DNA from: Patescibacteria group bacterium
Lineage (GTDB): Bacteria > Patescibacteriota > Gracilibacteria > UBA1369 > UBA12470
DNA: 64,000 nucleotides
NCBI GenBank assembly: GCA_018816885.1
Contig: JAHIUS010000001.1
Location: 8,028 to 72,027 of the forward strand
Reading direction: 5' to 3'
Positions 45,585 to 54,390 of the stretch are shown here, in pieces. The position numbers were made by a program, and so were the translations under genes. The notes beneath the pieces were generated by a model. That model saw nothing but the letters and a program-made list of their open reading frames with translations. It made no database searches and was not told where the DNA came from. The first letter of the stretch is position 1. Each line of letters starts with the position of its first letter.

Positions 45585-45950
45585 ATGAGTAAAGTTTTCA
45601 TCCCAAATAGGCGGGCAAGGAGAGGAGTTCGGACTTCTACTCTCAGGATGCAGGTTAATATCGGACTTGTTTCTTTGGTGATGGTGATGCTTGGATTGAT
45701 TACGATTATGGGGCTTGTATCTCTGACTTCGCTGAATGCTCAAGCAACTATGGGTTACGAGATTGAGCGGCTTGAGGCTGAAAGGCAGGAGTTTGTCGAG
45801 GATGGCGAGCTTAATGATATGCTGATTCTTCAGGCGAGGTCACTCGATACGATTATGGAAAGTGATGTTGTTGTCGGGATGGTAAGGGCCGATTCGAGAC
45901 ATATTGCTTATGTTGAGCCGATTGTGACGATTGCGAGTAGCGCGTATTAG
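45585..45950 (+). CDS. FtsL-like cell division protein (bitopic, coiled coil)
   Basis: 121 aa, one TM helix then a coiled-coil segment; sits directly after rsmH. Confidence 0.55.
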   Translation: MSKVFIPNRRARRGVRTSTLRMQVNIGLVSLVMVMLGLITIMGLVSLTSLNAQATMGYEIERLEAERQEFVEDGELNDMLILQARSLDTIMESDVVVGMVRADSRHIAYVEPIVTIASSAY

Positions 45951-46337
45951 AGGGGTGTAGGATTGTAGTAGTGAAGATTGAAAATTCGGGAGCTGGTTGG
46001 ATTGTGAGTGGGTCCGTTGGACTTGGTCACTATCTCATCAGCGCGCAAATCAGGATGAAATCCTAGATTTGCGTCTCAATGGGTTAGGAGGTAAATAGAT
46101 CCCAAAGGATTCCCTTTCCATTCTTGGCCGGAGAGGGGGTCTTTTGGAAGACGGTTTGGATGAATTGTTTCGCAAGCGGATGATGTTTCTCTTTCCTGCT
46201 TTGCAGAAAATTAGAAGCCCCTGTGGTGTTTTGCTCTGCAAAACGGCTTATTTGTAGTAGGCGCGGTTGCCCGCGCTGATGGTTGCTCAATAATTATTCA
46301 AACCTTAGGTTGAAATGCTTTATTTGGGATCGATTTC

Positions 46338-47183
46338 TTACTGTTCGGTTCCGTCTGTGTTATGCCATGGGCTTTGCCACATCTTGTGTTTTTTCTCGCC
46401 GAGGGATTCTATACGGATTATGTCACTTTCGTTTAAGACAATATCATTTGTTCTTGATTTAGAGGGTTTGTCGTATTCTTTGGCGTCTTGGATGAATAAG
46501 ATTTGCTCTCCTTCTTGCGACCATCCGCCTTTTGCAAATGTTACTCCGAAAATATTGTTTGCGTATGGGGTTACTGTGGTTGTTAGTCCATTTAATCGAT
46601 TTTTACATTTTTCATATCCTGCTTTCGTTATGTACATTGTTGCTCCCGGATTCTTTTTATCTATACATTTTACATCATTGAGTTCCCCCAGTTTTCTTCT
46701 TTCCTGCCATTTTGCGAGCTCGTTTTGGGCGCATATTTCTGAAGCCATGTTGATTACGGCTTTGGCAATTGTTTCATATGAAGTTTGTTTCTCTGAATCG
46801 GGGGCGTATATTTTTTGTATTGCTATCGCTAAAGCTGATCTTGTGTCTTGCATTGCAGCTCCGAACTCGGCTTTTTTAACCTTTTCGTTCCAGTTTCTAG
46901 GTTCTTTTGTTGGGTATGCTGCTTCTCCTGTTTTTTTTATTAAAAAATCCATGTCGCTTTCGACAGCACCTTCTTCTTCAATTTTAATATCGGCAGTGAG
47001 TTCTATTGCTTTTCCGAACTTTTCTCGTATTGTCCTGAGATTGTCGTTTTTGAAAAGTCTTTGTAAAGCTTGATATATAGATTTAGATTCAATTTGAGCC
47101 AGGTTTCCCAAGCTTTTGCCTCCCGGCATTAAAAGACTCTCATCCAATTCTGATGGCATTTGTTGCAGTTCTTCTGTTGTCAT
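46338..47183 (-). CDS. Hypothetical protein
   Basis: 281 aa with normal composition. The antisense 252 aa ORF is S/F/L/C-rich and judged spurious. Confidence 0.6.
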   Translation of the reverse strand: MTTEELQQMPSELDESLLMPGGKSLGNLAQIESKSIYQALQRLFKNDNLRTIREKFGKAIELTADIKIEEEGAVESDMDFLIKKTGEAAYPTKEPRNWNEKVKKAEFGAAMQDTRSALAIAIQKIYAPDSEKQTSYETIAKAVINMASEICAQNELAKWQERRKLGELNDVKCIDKKNPGATMYITKAGYEKCKNRLNGLTTTVTPYANNIFGVTFAKGGWSQEGEQILFIQDAKEYDKPSKSRTNDIVLNESDIIRIESLGEKKHKMWQSPWHNTDGTEQ

Positions 47184-47201
47184 GTTTAGGTTTGGTTAAA
47201 A

Positions 47202-47405
47202 TTATTTTGCATCTGTTTCAGCGCAGGATTGTTTGAATTTTTCGATCTTTGATGTGATTTCAGCTTCTGTTATTCCCGGTACCAAGTCTCTTATGAGTTC
47301 GGCAATGTCTGCTCGATGCGTGCTTATAAAGGCATTAGTACAGAGTTCCTCGATGGATCTTTCGGCGCGTTGAATTGTTTCTTGAGCTGTTTCTGGTTGT
47401 GGCAT
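47202..47405 (-). CDS. Hypothetical small protein
   Basis: 67 aa from MPQPETAQ; 18 nt upstream of ORF 46338-47183, probably co-transcribed. Confidence 0.45.
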   Translation of the reverse strand: MPQPETAQETIQRAERSIEELCTNAFISTHRADIAELIRDLVPGITEAEITSKIEKFKQSCAETDAK

Positions 47406-47438
47406 GGTTATTGTTTTTTTATAAATACAGAAGGCGGT

Positions 47439-47467
47439 ATTGAACCAGATTTTCCTGTCCAAGTCAA
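47439..47467 (-). promoter_or_regulatory. Candidate promoter for the 47405-46338 gene pair
   Basis: Minus-sense TTGACT, 17 nt, TTCAAT. Confidence 0.4.
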
Positions 47468-47541
47468 ATTTTTCTTCTAGCCGAGGGGCGGCTGATGCGG
47501 TATTTTTATGGTCGCAAATAAATTTTTAACCTAAAAACAAA

Positions 47542-48591
47542 ATGAACGACACCACTATTCCTGCAATTGCTAAGTTTTCTAAAGCTAATAATCCGAATGT
47601 TCGCGAGCTTGAAGGCGGATATACGTTGTCGAATTTAAAGGAGCTTCTCTCGAAGGCGAGGAAGGGCGGTTACGGGGTTGTGGCGGTGAATCAGAGGTCT
47701 CCTTACATTATTACTGCGACTCTTGAAGCTGCTTGGCAGAGCAAGTCACCGCTTATTTGCGAGATTGCGGAGAGTGAGGCGGTTTATTGCAATATGGCTC
47801 CTGAGAGGCTTTCTGACCTTCTTCATGAGGGGATTGCTAGGATGCATGAGAAGTACGGTTATTATGTTCCGGTTTGTTTGCATATGGATCATATTCAAAA
47901 AGATCTTGGTACTGTTGATCGTGCTATTGAAGCCGGTTTTTCTTCTGTTGAGTTGGATCTTTCCAAGCTTCCTGTTGAGGAAAATGCCGAGAAATGTGCG
48001 CCAATTGTTGCCAAATGTCATGCTCTTGGGGTCTCTGTTGAGGTTGAGGAGGGTGAAATCGGCGCTGCGGGAGCTCTTGCCGATCCTAATATTGATGCGA
48101 ATATTGAAAGTTACTACACTAAGACTGAGGATGCTCGGAAATTGTGCGAATTGACTCGGCCTGATGCTTTGGCGATTTTTGTTGGAAACGGTCATGGGAA
48201 ATATCTGAAAGAGCCTCGAATCGGTTTTGATCGGATTCGTGAGATTGCTGACAGTGTCGCTGATCTTGGTGTTTATGTTGTTCTTCACGGTGGTAGCGGG
48301 CTTTCTCCTGAGACTTTTAATCGGGCTATTGAAGCCGGAGCTGCAAAGGTCAATTATGCGACTACTGTTTCCGATATTTGGTTCGAGTATTTCCCTGAGG
48401 AATTGCTTGCCGAGATTGATGCGAAAGCTAAGGAGATGGGTAAGCCGAGAAGGAAGGTTCTTGATCTTTTCCAGGATAAAATTGATGCTATTCCTGCTGA
48501 TAAAATGCAGGAAGCGATTGATGATATGAGTGGGCATATTAAGATGATGATGACGGAGGGGTTTAAGAGTGCGGGGAAGGCAAATTTGTAA
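47542..48591 (+). CDS. fba: Class II fructose-bisphosphate aldolase
   Basis: 349 aa, LHMDH, LHGGSG. Confidence 0.9.
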   Translation: MNDTTIPAIAKFSKANNPNVRELEGGYTLSNLKELLSKARKGGYGVVAVNQRSPYIITATLEAAWQSKSPLICEIAESEAVYCNMAPERLSDLLHEGIARMHEKYGYYVPVCLHMDHIQKDLGTVDRAIEAGFSSVELDLSKLPVEENAEKCAPIVAKCHALGVSVEVEEGEIGAAGALADPNIDANIESYYTKTEDARKLCELTRPDALAIFVGNGHGKYLKEPRIGFDRIREIADSVADLGVYVVLHGGSGLSPETFNRAIEAGAAKVNYATTVSDIWFEYFPEELLAEIDAKAKEMGKPRRKVLDLFQDKIDAIPADKMQEAIDDMSGHIKMMMTEGFKSAGKANL

Positions 48592-48680
48592 TGTTTAATT
48601 TTCAATTACCAATTTTCAAATGAAATCTTGAAATCTGAAGCTTAAAAGGGTACATTTGTTTCCAAACTTATAATTTAACA

Positions 48681-48830
48681 ATGCCGATCATGTATGAAAT
48701 TCTGGAAGGGTCAAAAGGCGAATGGATTAAATTGGAACCTACTCCGAAATTGGGTGAAGAGGTTGATGCCAAGACGGAAAGTACTGGTGAACAGGTTAAG
48801 CAAGTTGTTTCTGAAGAAGCGGGAAAATAA
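48681..48830 (+). CDS. Candidate small acidic protein (49 aa)
   Basis: Hand-found ORF MPIMYEILEGSKGEWIKLEPTPKLGEEVDAKTESTGEQVKQVVSEEAGK; A/T-rich leader like other plus-strand genes. Confidence 0.35.
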   Translation: MPIMYEILEGSKGEWIKLEPTPKLGEEVDAKTESTGEQVKQVVSEEAGK

Positions 48831-48849
48831 ATTTTAATACTCAAAATCT

Positions 48850-50034
48850 ATGGCAAACAATATGATTATAGGTCAAAGTGGTGGCCCGACTCGCGTAATT
48901 AATCAAAGTCTCATCGCGGCTGTTAAGGAGGCGAAGAAGCATCCTGGAATCGGCAAGATTTTTGGTATGAAGCATGGGATTTTGGGAGCGATGAATGAGG
49001 ACTTTATTGATTTCTCGGAGGTCTCGGATGAGAAGCTCTCGGTTATTGCCGGAACTCCGGGTTCCGCTCTTGGAAGTTGTCGTCATAAGCCTTCTTCTGA
49101 TGACTGCGCGAAGATTTTCGAGGTTTTTAAGAAGAATGAGATCAAGTATTTCTTTTATATTGGAGGGAACGATACGGCTGAGACGGTTCATATTATTAAC
49201 GAAATTGCTGTTTTGAACGGATATGATTTGAAAGCTTTCCATATTCCCAAGACGATTGATAACGATCTGTGTGTTACTGATCATTGTCCGGGTTACGGGA
49301 GTGCTGCTAAGTATGTTGCGGAGTGTTTTTTGGGGAATGAACTTGATAATCGGGCTCTCAAAGGTGTCAAAATTGATATTGTTATGGGTCGAAATGCCGG
49401 GTGGCTGACTGCGGCCAGTGCTTTGGCTCGGTTTGAGAAGGATAGTGGTCCGCATCTTATTTATGTTCCTGAAGTTCCAAAGTCCCTGGATCAGGTTGTT
49501 GCTGAGATTGACGAGGTGGTTTCCAGGTTGGGAAGATGTGTTGTTGCGGTTTCCGAGGGGATTCGGGGTGAGGACGGTGAGCTTTTTGCGAAAAAATTCT
49601 CACAGGAAGTTGACTCTCACGGAAATGTGCAGTTGTCAGGTAGTGGGGCGCTTGGAGATATGCTTGCGAATCATGTTAAATTAAATTCTAAACACGAAGA
49701 TCTGCGGGTCAGGACTGATACTCTCGGTTATGCACAGAGGTCTTATCCTGATACTGTCTCCGAAATTGATACTCAGGAGGCTGCGGGAGTGGGACGTGCG
49801 GCTGTTAAGTTCGCTTTGGGAGATCATCGGTCGGGTTCGGTTTATATTAAGCGTTTGGCTGATGATCCTTACGCTTCCGAGGCGAAGCTTACGCAGCTCA
49901 AGAATGTGGCGAAGGTGACCAAAGAAATGCCGAGAGAGTTCATGAATGAGGCCGGGAATTTCGTTTCTGAGGAGTTTTTGAAGTATGTTAAGCCGATTGT
50001 TGGCGAGATGACGGAGGTTGGGGTGCTTTTTTAG
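48850..50034 (+). CDS. pfp: 6-phosphofructokinase, probably pyrophosphate-dependent
   Basis: 394 aa, PKTIDND. GGNDT aligns where ATP-PFKs have GGDGS, giving Asp at the position equivalent to E. coli Gly104. Confidence 0.85.
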   Translation: MANNMIIGQSGGPTRVINQSLIAAVKEAKKHPGIGKIFGMKHGILGAMNEDFIDFSEVSDEKLSVIAGTPGSALGSCRHKPSSDDCAKIFEVFKKNEIKYFFYIGGNDTAETVHIINEIAVLNGYDLKAFHIPKTIDNDLCVTDHCPGYGSAAKYVAECFLGNELDNRALKGVKIDIVMGRNAGWLTAASALARFEKDSGPHLIYVPEVPKSLDQVVAEIDEVVSRLGRCVVAVSEGIRGEDGELFAKKFSQEVDSHGNVQLSGSGALGDMLANHVKLNSKHEDLRVRTDTLGYAQRSYPDTVSEIDTQEAAGVGRAAVKFALGDHRSGSVYIKRLADDPYASEAKLTQLKNVAKVTKEMPREFMNEAGNFVSEEFLKYVKPIVGEMTEVGVLF

Positions 50035-50039
50035 ACTGT

Positions 50040-50158
50040 AGATCAAAGACTCTAGATCAAAGATCAAAGATCAAAGATCAAAGATCAAAGATCAAAGATC
50101 AAAGATCAAAGATCAAAGATCAAAGATTATAGATCAAAGATTATAGATGCTAGATTAT
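50040..50158 (+). repeat. Tandem heptamer array, 17 units in register (10 perfect AGATCAA)
   Basis: Direct reading; carries a GATC about every 7 bp across 50054-50123. Confidence 0.95.
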
Positions 50159-50201
50159 GGATTTTGAGGTTGGGGTTTGCGGGATTTTTACAGGTTGACT
50201 G

Positions 50202-50229
50202 TTGACCGCTTCCTAATCTACGCTACACT
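50202..50229 (+). promoter_or_regulatory. Candidate promoter of the sigma factor gene
   Basis: TTGACC (preceded by an overlapping TTGACT), 16 nt, TACACT. Confidence 0.3.
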
Positions 50230-50315
50230 TATGTACACTATTTTTACCTACAGCAAGCGTTTCAGTGCGGCGCCAGGCCGGCACAAAAAAACTAACCTGC
50301 CTGAAAGGCACCATT

Positions 50316-50882
50316 ATGCCTGAAGAAGATTTAAACCCAAAAGAAATAGATGCCCTTGTCAGAAAGGCGCAGGATGGGGATACCCGGGCTTTTTCACAGA
50401 TTTATGACAAATATTTCACTCCGATTTATCGCTACATCTATTACAGGGCGAATAAAGCGGATGTTGATGATATTGTGGCGCAGGTTTTTATGAATGCTTG
50501 GGATAATTTGCACAAATACCAATCGGCTCAGGGAGCCAGCTTCGGGTCTTGGGTTTTCCGAATTGCTCATAATCTTGTCGTGGATCAGTACAGAAAGCAC
50601 AGGGGTATTTCTGAGATTCCGACAGATCTAATTGATGATAGGGATGAGGTTGATCCGCGTCATCAGGCTCAACTTAAGCTTGACCAAGTTCAGCTCAAGT
50701 CGGCTTTGCAAAAACTCAAGGAATCGCATCGCCAGGTTATTGTCCTTAAATATATAAACGGCTTTTCCAATCAGGAAATTGCCGAAGTTCTCAAGAGGAA
50801 AGAGGGGAATGTTCGAATTTTGCAGTTCAGGGCTTTGAAGGAACTCAAAAAAGTGCTTAAGGAAGCGGGATATAAGCGGTAA
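50316..50882 (+). CDS. ECF-type RNA polymerase sigma factor
   Basis: 188 aa with sigma-70 regions 2 and 4 (FGSWVFRIAHNLVVDQYRK; ...FSNQEIAEVLKRKEGNVRILQFRALKEL). Confidence 0.85.
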   Translation: MPEEDLNPKEIDALVRKAQDGDTRAFSQIYDKYFTPIYRYIYYRANKADVDDIVAQVFMNAWDNLHKYQSAQGASFGSWVFRIAHNLVVDQYRKHRGISEIPTDLIDDRDEVDPRHQAQLKLDQVQLKSALQKLKESHRQVIVLKYINGFSNQEIAEVLKRKEGNVRILQFRALKELKKVLKEAGYKR

Positions 50883-50918
50883 CAAAAACCGATTTATGCC
50901 GTTGTAAACATTGATAAT

Positions 50919-52784
50919 ATGAAAAATTTAAATTCTCAAAATTCAAATACGGTTGCAGACCTGATTTCTCTGCTCGAAAACCTGAATAAGCAGAAGCTCG
51001 AGATCATGGACGAGGGGAGTGCCAAGTCTAAGATTTGGGCTAAGATAGAGCCGCATGTACGCGTCACCAGTCAGGCGCAGCTTAATATTTTGGCGAATGA
51101 GGTTGCGGCTGTATCCGTTTTGGAGCCTTCTGCAATCAAGAAGGCGCAGATTCGAGAGGTCGTTATGGAATATATAGAGAGCGTTATGGCTCCTGCGAGA
51201 TTTTTCTTTGGCAGGAGGTTTGTTGCCGCCGCGGCTTCGCTTACTGTTCTTTTCTTCGCGCTTGTGCCTAATTCCGGACTTTTCCCTGCAGTTTCCGCTG
51301 ACAAGGTGACTCACATGAGTGTTGAGCAGGGTGAGGTTGAGGTTATGCGAGGTGGGTCGGTTTTTGCCGCGGAGGATGACATGGTGCTTCTGGAAGGTGA
51401 TGTTTTGAAAGTTGCGGACGGGTCTTTGGCGCAGGTTTTCTTCATGGATGACAGTCGAATGGCTTTGGCGCCCGGGGCGGAAGTTTATTTAAAGAGATTA
51501 TATGTTGGGAATAATGATTCCGATACTCAGGTTGAGATTGAGATTGATTCGGGTAAAGCTTGGGTTCAGGTGCTTAACTTGTTTTCCGATGAGGACTATT
51601 TTTCTGTTTGGGCCAATGGAGGAGAGTTCAAGATTGATAGGGCCGGTGATTTGAATGTTGAAGTTTCCGAGGATCATACTGCCATTCAGGTTATTAGCAA
51701 TTTGATTTCTTTTAAAATTCCTTATGCCGGGTCCGAGAAGACCGGGATTTTGGGGGAAGGGACTCAGATGACTGTGAACGGCGAGCTTGTGATTGAAGGA
51801 CTTCCCGAGATGACTGAAGATGTTTGGTGGAGTTACAATTTGGCTCAAAATCATAACCATATAAGTAAAGTTACGGATTATTATATTACCGAGTCGGCCA
51901 AGAAGGTCCGGTTCATGCCGGGGGATCCTCTTTGGAGGTTAAAGCAGTTTAAAGAGACTGTTACGGAGGTTGTGAGTTTTGACACCAAGGTTGAGAAGAG
52001 TCTCAAGGCAGCAGGTAGTCGTCTTGCCGAGGCGGAGCAGCTTGTGCAGGAAGGGGATGATGTTGCGGCTCACGAGAAGCTGAATGCTTATATCGAAATA
52101 GTTGAGGAGGTTGTTACCGCCAGTGGTACTTCTTTAGATGATATGGATGCCCTTACGGCGCATATTGGGGAGGTGACGAAGGCTCTTACCATGAAAGCTG
52201 CCGATAATGAGGGTCTTGCCGTTTTGCAGGATGCTGTTAATCAGGTGGATGAGAGTGCCTCAGGGGGTCAGGGCGATAAAAGCATTACCAGGGTTAATAA
52301 CGCTTCGAATAAGCTTTCTATGGCACTTTCTTTTGTGAATGCCGGGTCTTATGATGTCGCTCTCGAATACCTGAGAGGATATAGCGATGAGCTTACGCAG
52401 GTTGTTAAAGATATTTCCGATGTTCCCGCCAATGATAGGGCCTTCGTTGTGAGTTCGATTTTGGATAGGAAGATTGAGAATTTACAGATTTTAAAAATTA
52501 TTATCGAAAAACTTGAAAATGAAGGGCTCGATTCTTCGGAAGTGGATGAGATGAAGGGTCAGGTTCTTTTTGAAATGAATGCGCTTGTGGTTTCTCTTAA
52601 AGAAAGAGCGATTACGAAGCTTACCGACTTCTTATCGGAAGTTCAGTCTGATGAAAATATCCAGGTTCAGGTGTTGTCTAATTTGAAGAAAAGTGTTCCT
52701 CTTGATTTTGATTTGATGCAGAAAATTAATGATGTTGAGGAGGTTTATTTCGATGAAGGGGAGGTGGTTTTTCTAGTGAAGTAG
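50919..52784 (+). CDS. Putative anti-sigma factor: N-terminal cytoplasmic part, one TM helix, FecR-like domain, long helical C-terminal domain
   Basis: 621 aa; TM FVAAAASLTVLFFALV; FecR-like segment VEQGEVEVMRGGSVFAAEDDMVLLEGDVLKV; adjacent to the sigma gene. Confidence 0.55.
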   Translation: MKNLNSQNSNTVADLISLLENLNKQKLEIMDEGSAKSKIWAKIEPHVRVTSQAQLNILANEVAAVSVLEPSAIKKAQIREVVMEYIESVMAPARFFFGRRFVAAAASLTVLFFALVPNSGLFPAVSADKVTHMSVEQGEVEVMRGGSVFAAEDDMVLLEGDVLKVADGSLAQVFFMDDSRMALAPGAEVYLKRLYVGNNDSDTQVEIEIDSGKAWVQVLNLFSDEDYFSVWANGGEFKIDRAGDLNVEVSEDHTAIQVISNLISFKIPYAGSEKTGILGEGTQMTVNGELVIEGLPEMTEDVWWSYNLAQNHNHISKVTDYYITESAKKVRFMPGDPLWRLKQFKETVTEVVSFDTKVEKSLKAAGSRLAEAEQLVQEGDDVAAHEKLNAYIEIVEEVVTASGTSLDDMDALTAHIGEVTKALTMKAADNEGLAVLQDAVNQVDESASGGQGDKSITRVNNASNKLSMALSFVNAGSYDVALEYLRGYSDELTQVVKDISDVPANDRAFVVSSILDRKIENLQILKIIIEKLENEGLDSSEVDEMKGQVLFEMNALVVSLKERAITKLTDFLSEVQSDENIQVQVLSNLKKSVPLDFDLMQKINDVEEVYFDEGEVVFLVK

Positions 52785-52815
52785 GTGGTTAAGAACCAAG
52801 AAGCCAAGATACAAG

Positions 52816-52847
52816 AACCAAACAAGAACCAAACCCGCCGAAGGCGG
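52816..52847 (-). terminator. Candidate terminator of ORF 52886-53188
   Basis: Minus-sense CCGCC-TTC-GGCGG followed by GTTTGGTTCTTGTTTGG. Confidence 0.4.
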
Positions 52848-52885
52848 AACAGAAATTCTTGGCGGTATCAATAAATAGTTTTTTT

Positions 52886-53188
52886 TTACAATTCTTTTGC
52901 CAAGATTTTATATAGTTTTTTCATAATTCTTTCGCCAAAGCTTGCTCTGGTTTTCTCTGGGACATCTTCAAGACGTTCTACTGGTGATTCTGTGATGGGT
53001 ACCTCTTTTTGATCATGTGGTGTTGTGACGGTAAGGATTCTTCCCGTGTTTCCAATAGGCATGCTCATTGTATTGCCTCTTTCTGTGTTGCATCCGGAGA
53101 AATGAGTTCCGTCTACCATTGTCCCTGTAAAGAGAATTGCATTTGCGGGCGAACTAACACTTTCTTCGCTAGTAGGTGTTTCTGCCAT
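52886..53188 (-). CDS. Hypothetical protein
   Basis: 100 aa, own near-consensus promoter, no family recognised. Confidence 0.5.
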   Translation of the reverse strand: MAETPTSEESVSSPANAILFTGTMVDGTHFSGCNTERGNTMSMPIGNTGRILTVTTPHDQKEVPITESPVERLEDVPEKTRASFGERIMKKLYKILAKEL

Positions 53189-53215
53189 AAGATTTATATT
53201 AAAAGATAGGTGTTT

Positions 53216-53243
53216 ATTGTAGCTGTAAGCTGATTTTTGTCAA
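53216..53243 (-). promoter_or_regulatory. Near-consensus promoter for ORF 52886-53188
   Basis: Minus-sense TTGACA, 16 nt, TACAAT. Confidence 0.55.
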
Positions 53244-53325
53244 GAGTTTTGCTGCCAAAATTTCTGTTCTTTTTGGTTTCGCCATGGCGTACAATTCATT
53301 TTTATGCGAAATCCAGCGTTAAACA

Positions 53326-54390
53326 CTACAATCCCATCCCAATTAACCCCAATATCAACCCAAATATCGCGACCATTGCTCCGATGGTCCAGAAGTGCAT
53401 GACGACTTTGTATTCGGGCCAGCCGACGGCTTCGAAGTGGTGATGGATTGGAGCTATTTTGAAGACTTTTTTGCCGTTGCGGAGTTTTTTTGAGGTGAGC
53501 TGGATTATTACGGAAAGGGTCTCGATTACGAATATGAATGCTATGAAGGGGAGAATTAGCACTGTGTTGGTCATCATGGCGATTACTCCCATTGTGGCGC
53601 CGAGAGAGAGCGCGCCTGTGTCGCCCATGAAGAATCTGGCGGGTGGAATGTTGAACCAAAGAAATGCCGTTGTGGAGCCGCAGATTACTGCGCAGAAAGC
53701 GGATAGTATAAAAAGTCCTTTGACGTAGGCGAGGGCGCCGAGAGCGCCGAAAGTTATGATGATTAAGCCGCCTGCGAGGCCGTCCAGGCCGTCTGTGATG
53801 TTTACCGAGTTGGCGGAGGCGATGATGATGAAGATGAATAGAGGGATATACCAAAGTCCCATTTGGAAGTCGCCGATTCCGGGAATATGGATTTGATCGT
53901 AGCCGAGTTTGAAGTAGAAAAAGAGTCCTCCAAGCACTGCGAACAGGGTTAGCCAGAAGAGTTTGGGTTTGATGTTGATACCTTTGCTTTTGCCCCAGCC
54001 TTTGAGGTTGAAAACATCATCGACCGCTCCGAGCAAGGCTACTGAAATCAGTGTGAATATGGGAAGATAGGTTTCGTTTCTGTTCCAGAGGGAGTGTTCG
54101 AATACTCCGCAAAGTGAGAGCAGATGCGTGATTCCGATTACGATGAGGACTGTTCCCCAGATTAAGATCCCGCCCATTGTGGGGGTCCCGGATTTTTTGA
54201 TGTGTAGTGCGGAAAAAAGTTTCGTTGCTCGTCCGTCCGGGGCTGTTTCGCGGATTTGTTTGCCGATTTTGTATTTGTGAAGTAGGGCAATGAAAGGTTT
54301 GGCTGCGAGAAGCGCGATTATGAAAGCCAGGCCGAATGAGCCGAAGATCAGGATGAGGTGGCGGACGGTGTCGGTGAGTGCGAATGGCAT
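53326..54390 (-). CDS. mraY: Phospho-N-acetylmuramoyl-pentapeptide transferase
   Basis: 354 aa polytopic; NSVNITDGLDGLA, PIHHHFE. Confidence 0.95.
   Translation of the reverse strand: MPFALTDTVRHLILIFGSFGLAFIIALLAAKPFIALLHKYKIGKQIRETAPDGRATKLFSALHIKKSGTPTMGGILIWGTVLIVIGITHLLSLCGVFEHSLWNRNETYLPIFTLISVALLGAVDDVFNLKGWGKSKGINIKPKLFWLTLFAVLGGLFFYFKLGYDQIHIPGIGDFQMGLWYIPLFIFIIIASANSVNITDGLDGLAGGLIIITFGALGALAYVKGLFILSAFCAVICGSTTAFLWFNIPPARFFMGDTGALSLGATMGVIAMMTNTVLILPFIAFIFVIETLSVIIQLTSKKLRNGKKVFKIAPIHHHFEAVGWPEYKVVMHFWTIGAMVAIFGLILGLIGMGL

Noticed and set aside
46045-46072. SRP (4.5S) RNA domain IV
   Set aside because: There is a GNRA-capped helix, but the conserved flanking internal-loop sequence (AGCA / GGAA context) is absent.
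46315-47073. 252 aa plus-strand ORF
   Set aside because: It is antisense to the compositionally normal minus-strand ORF 46338-47183. Its translation is S/F/L/C-rich, typical of the reverse strand of a purine-rich coding sequence.
47746-48537. 263 aa minus-strand ORF; also 48841-49455 (204 aa), 53240-53854 (204 aa) and 41076-41600 (174 aa)
   Set aside because: Each lies antisense to, or in an alternative frame of, a clearly identifiable gene (fba, pfp, mraY, ORF 41055). Their composition is R/I/K/N-rich and low-complexity. They are judged spurious shadow ORFs.
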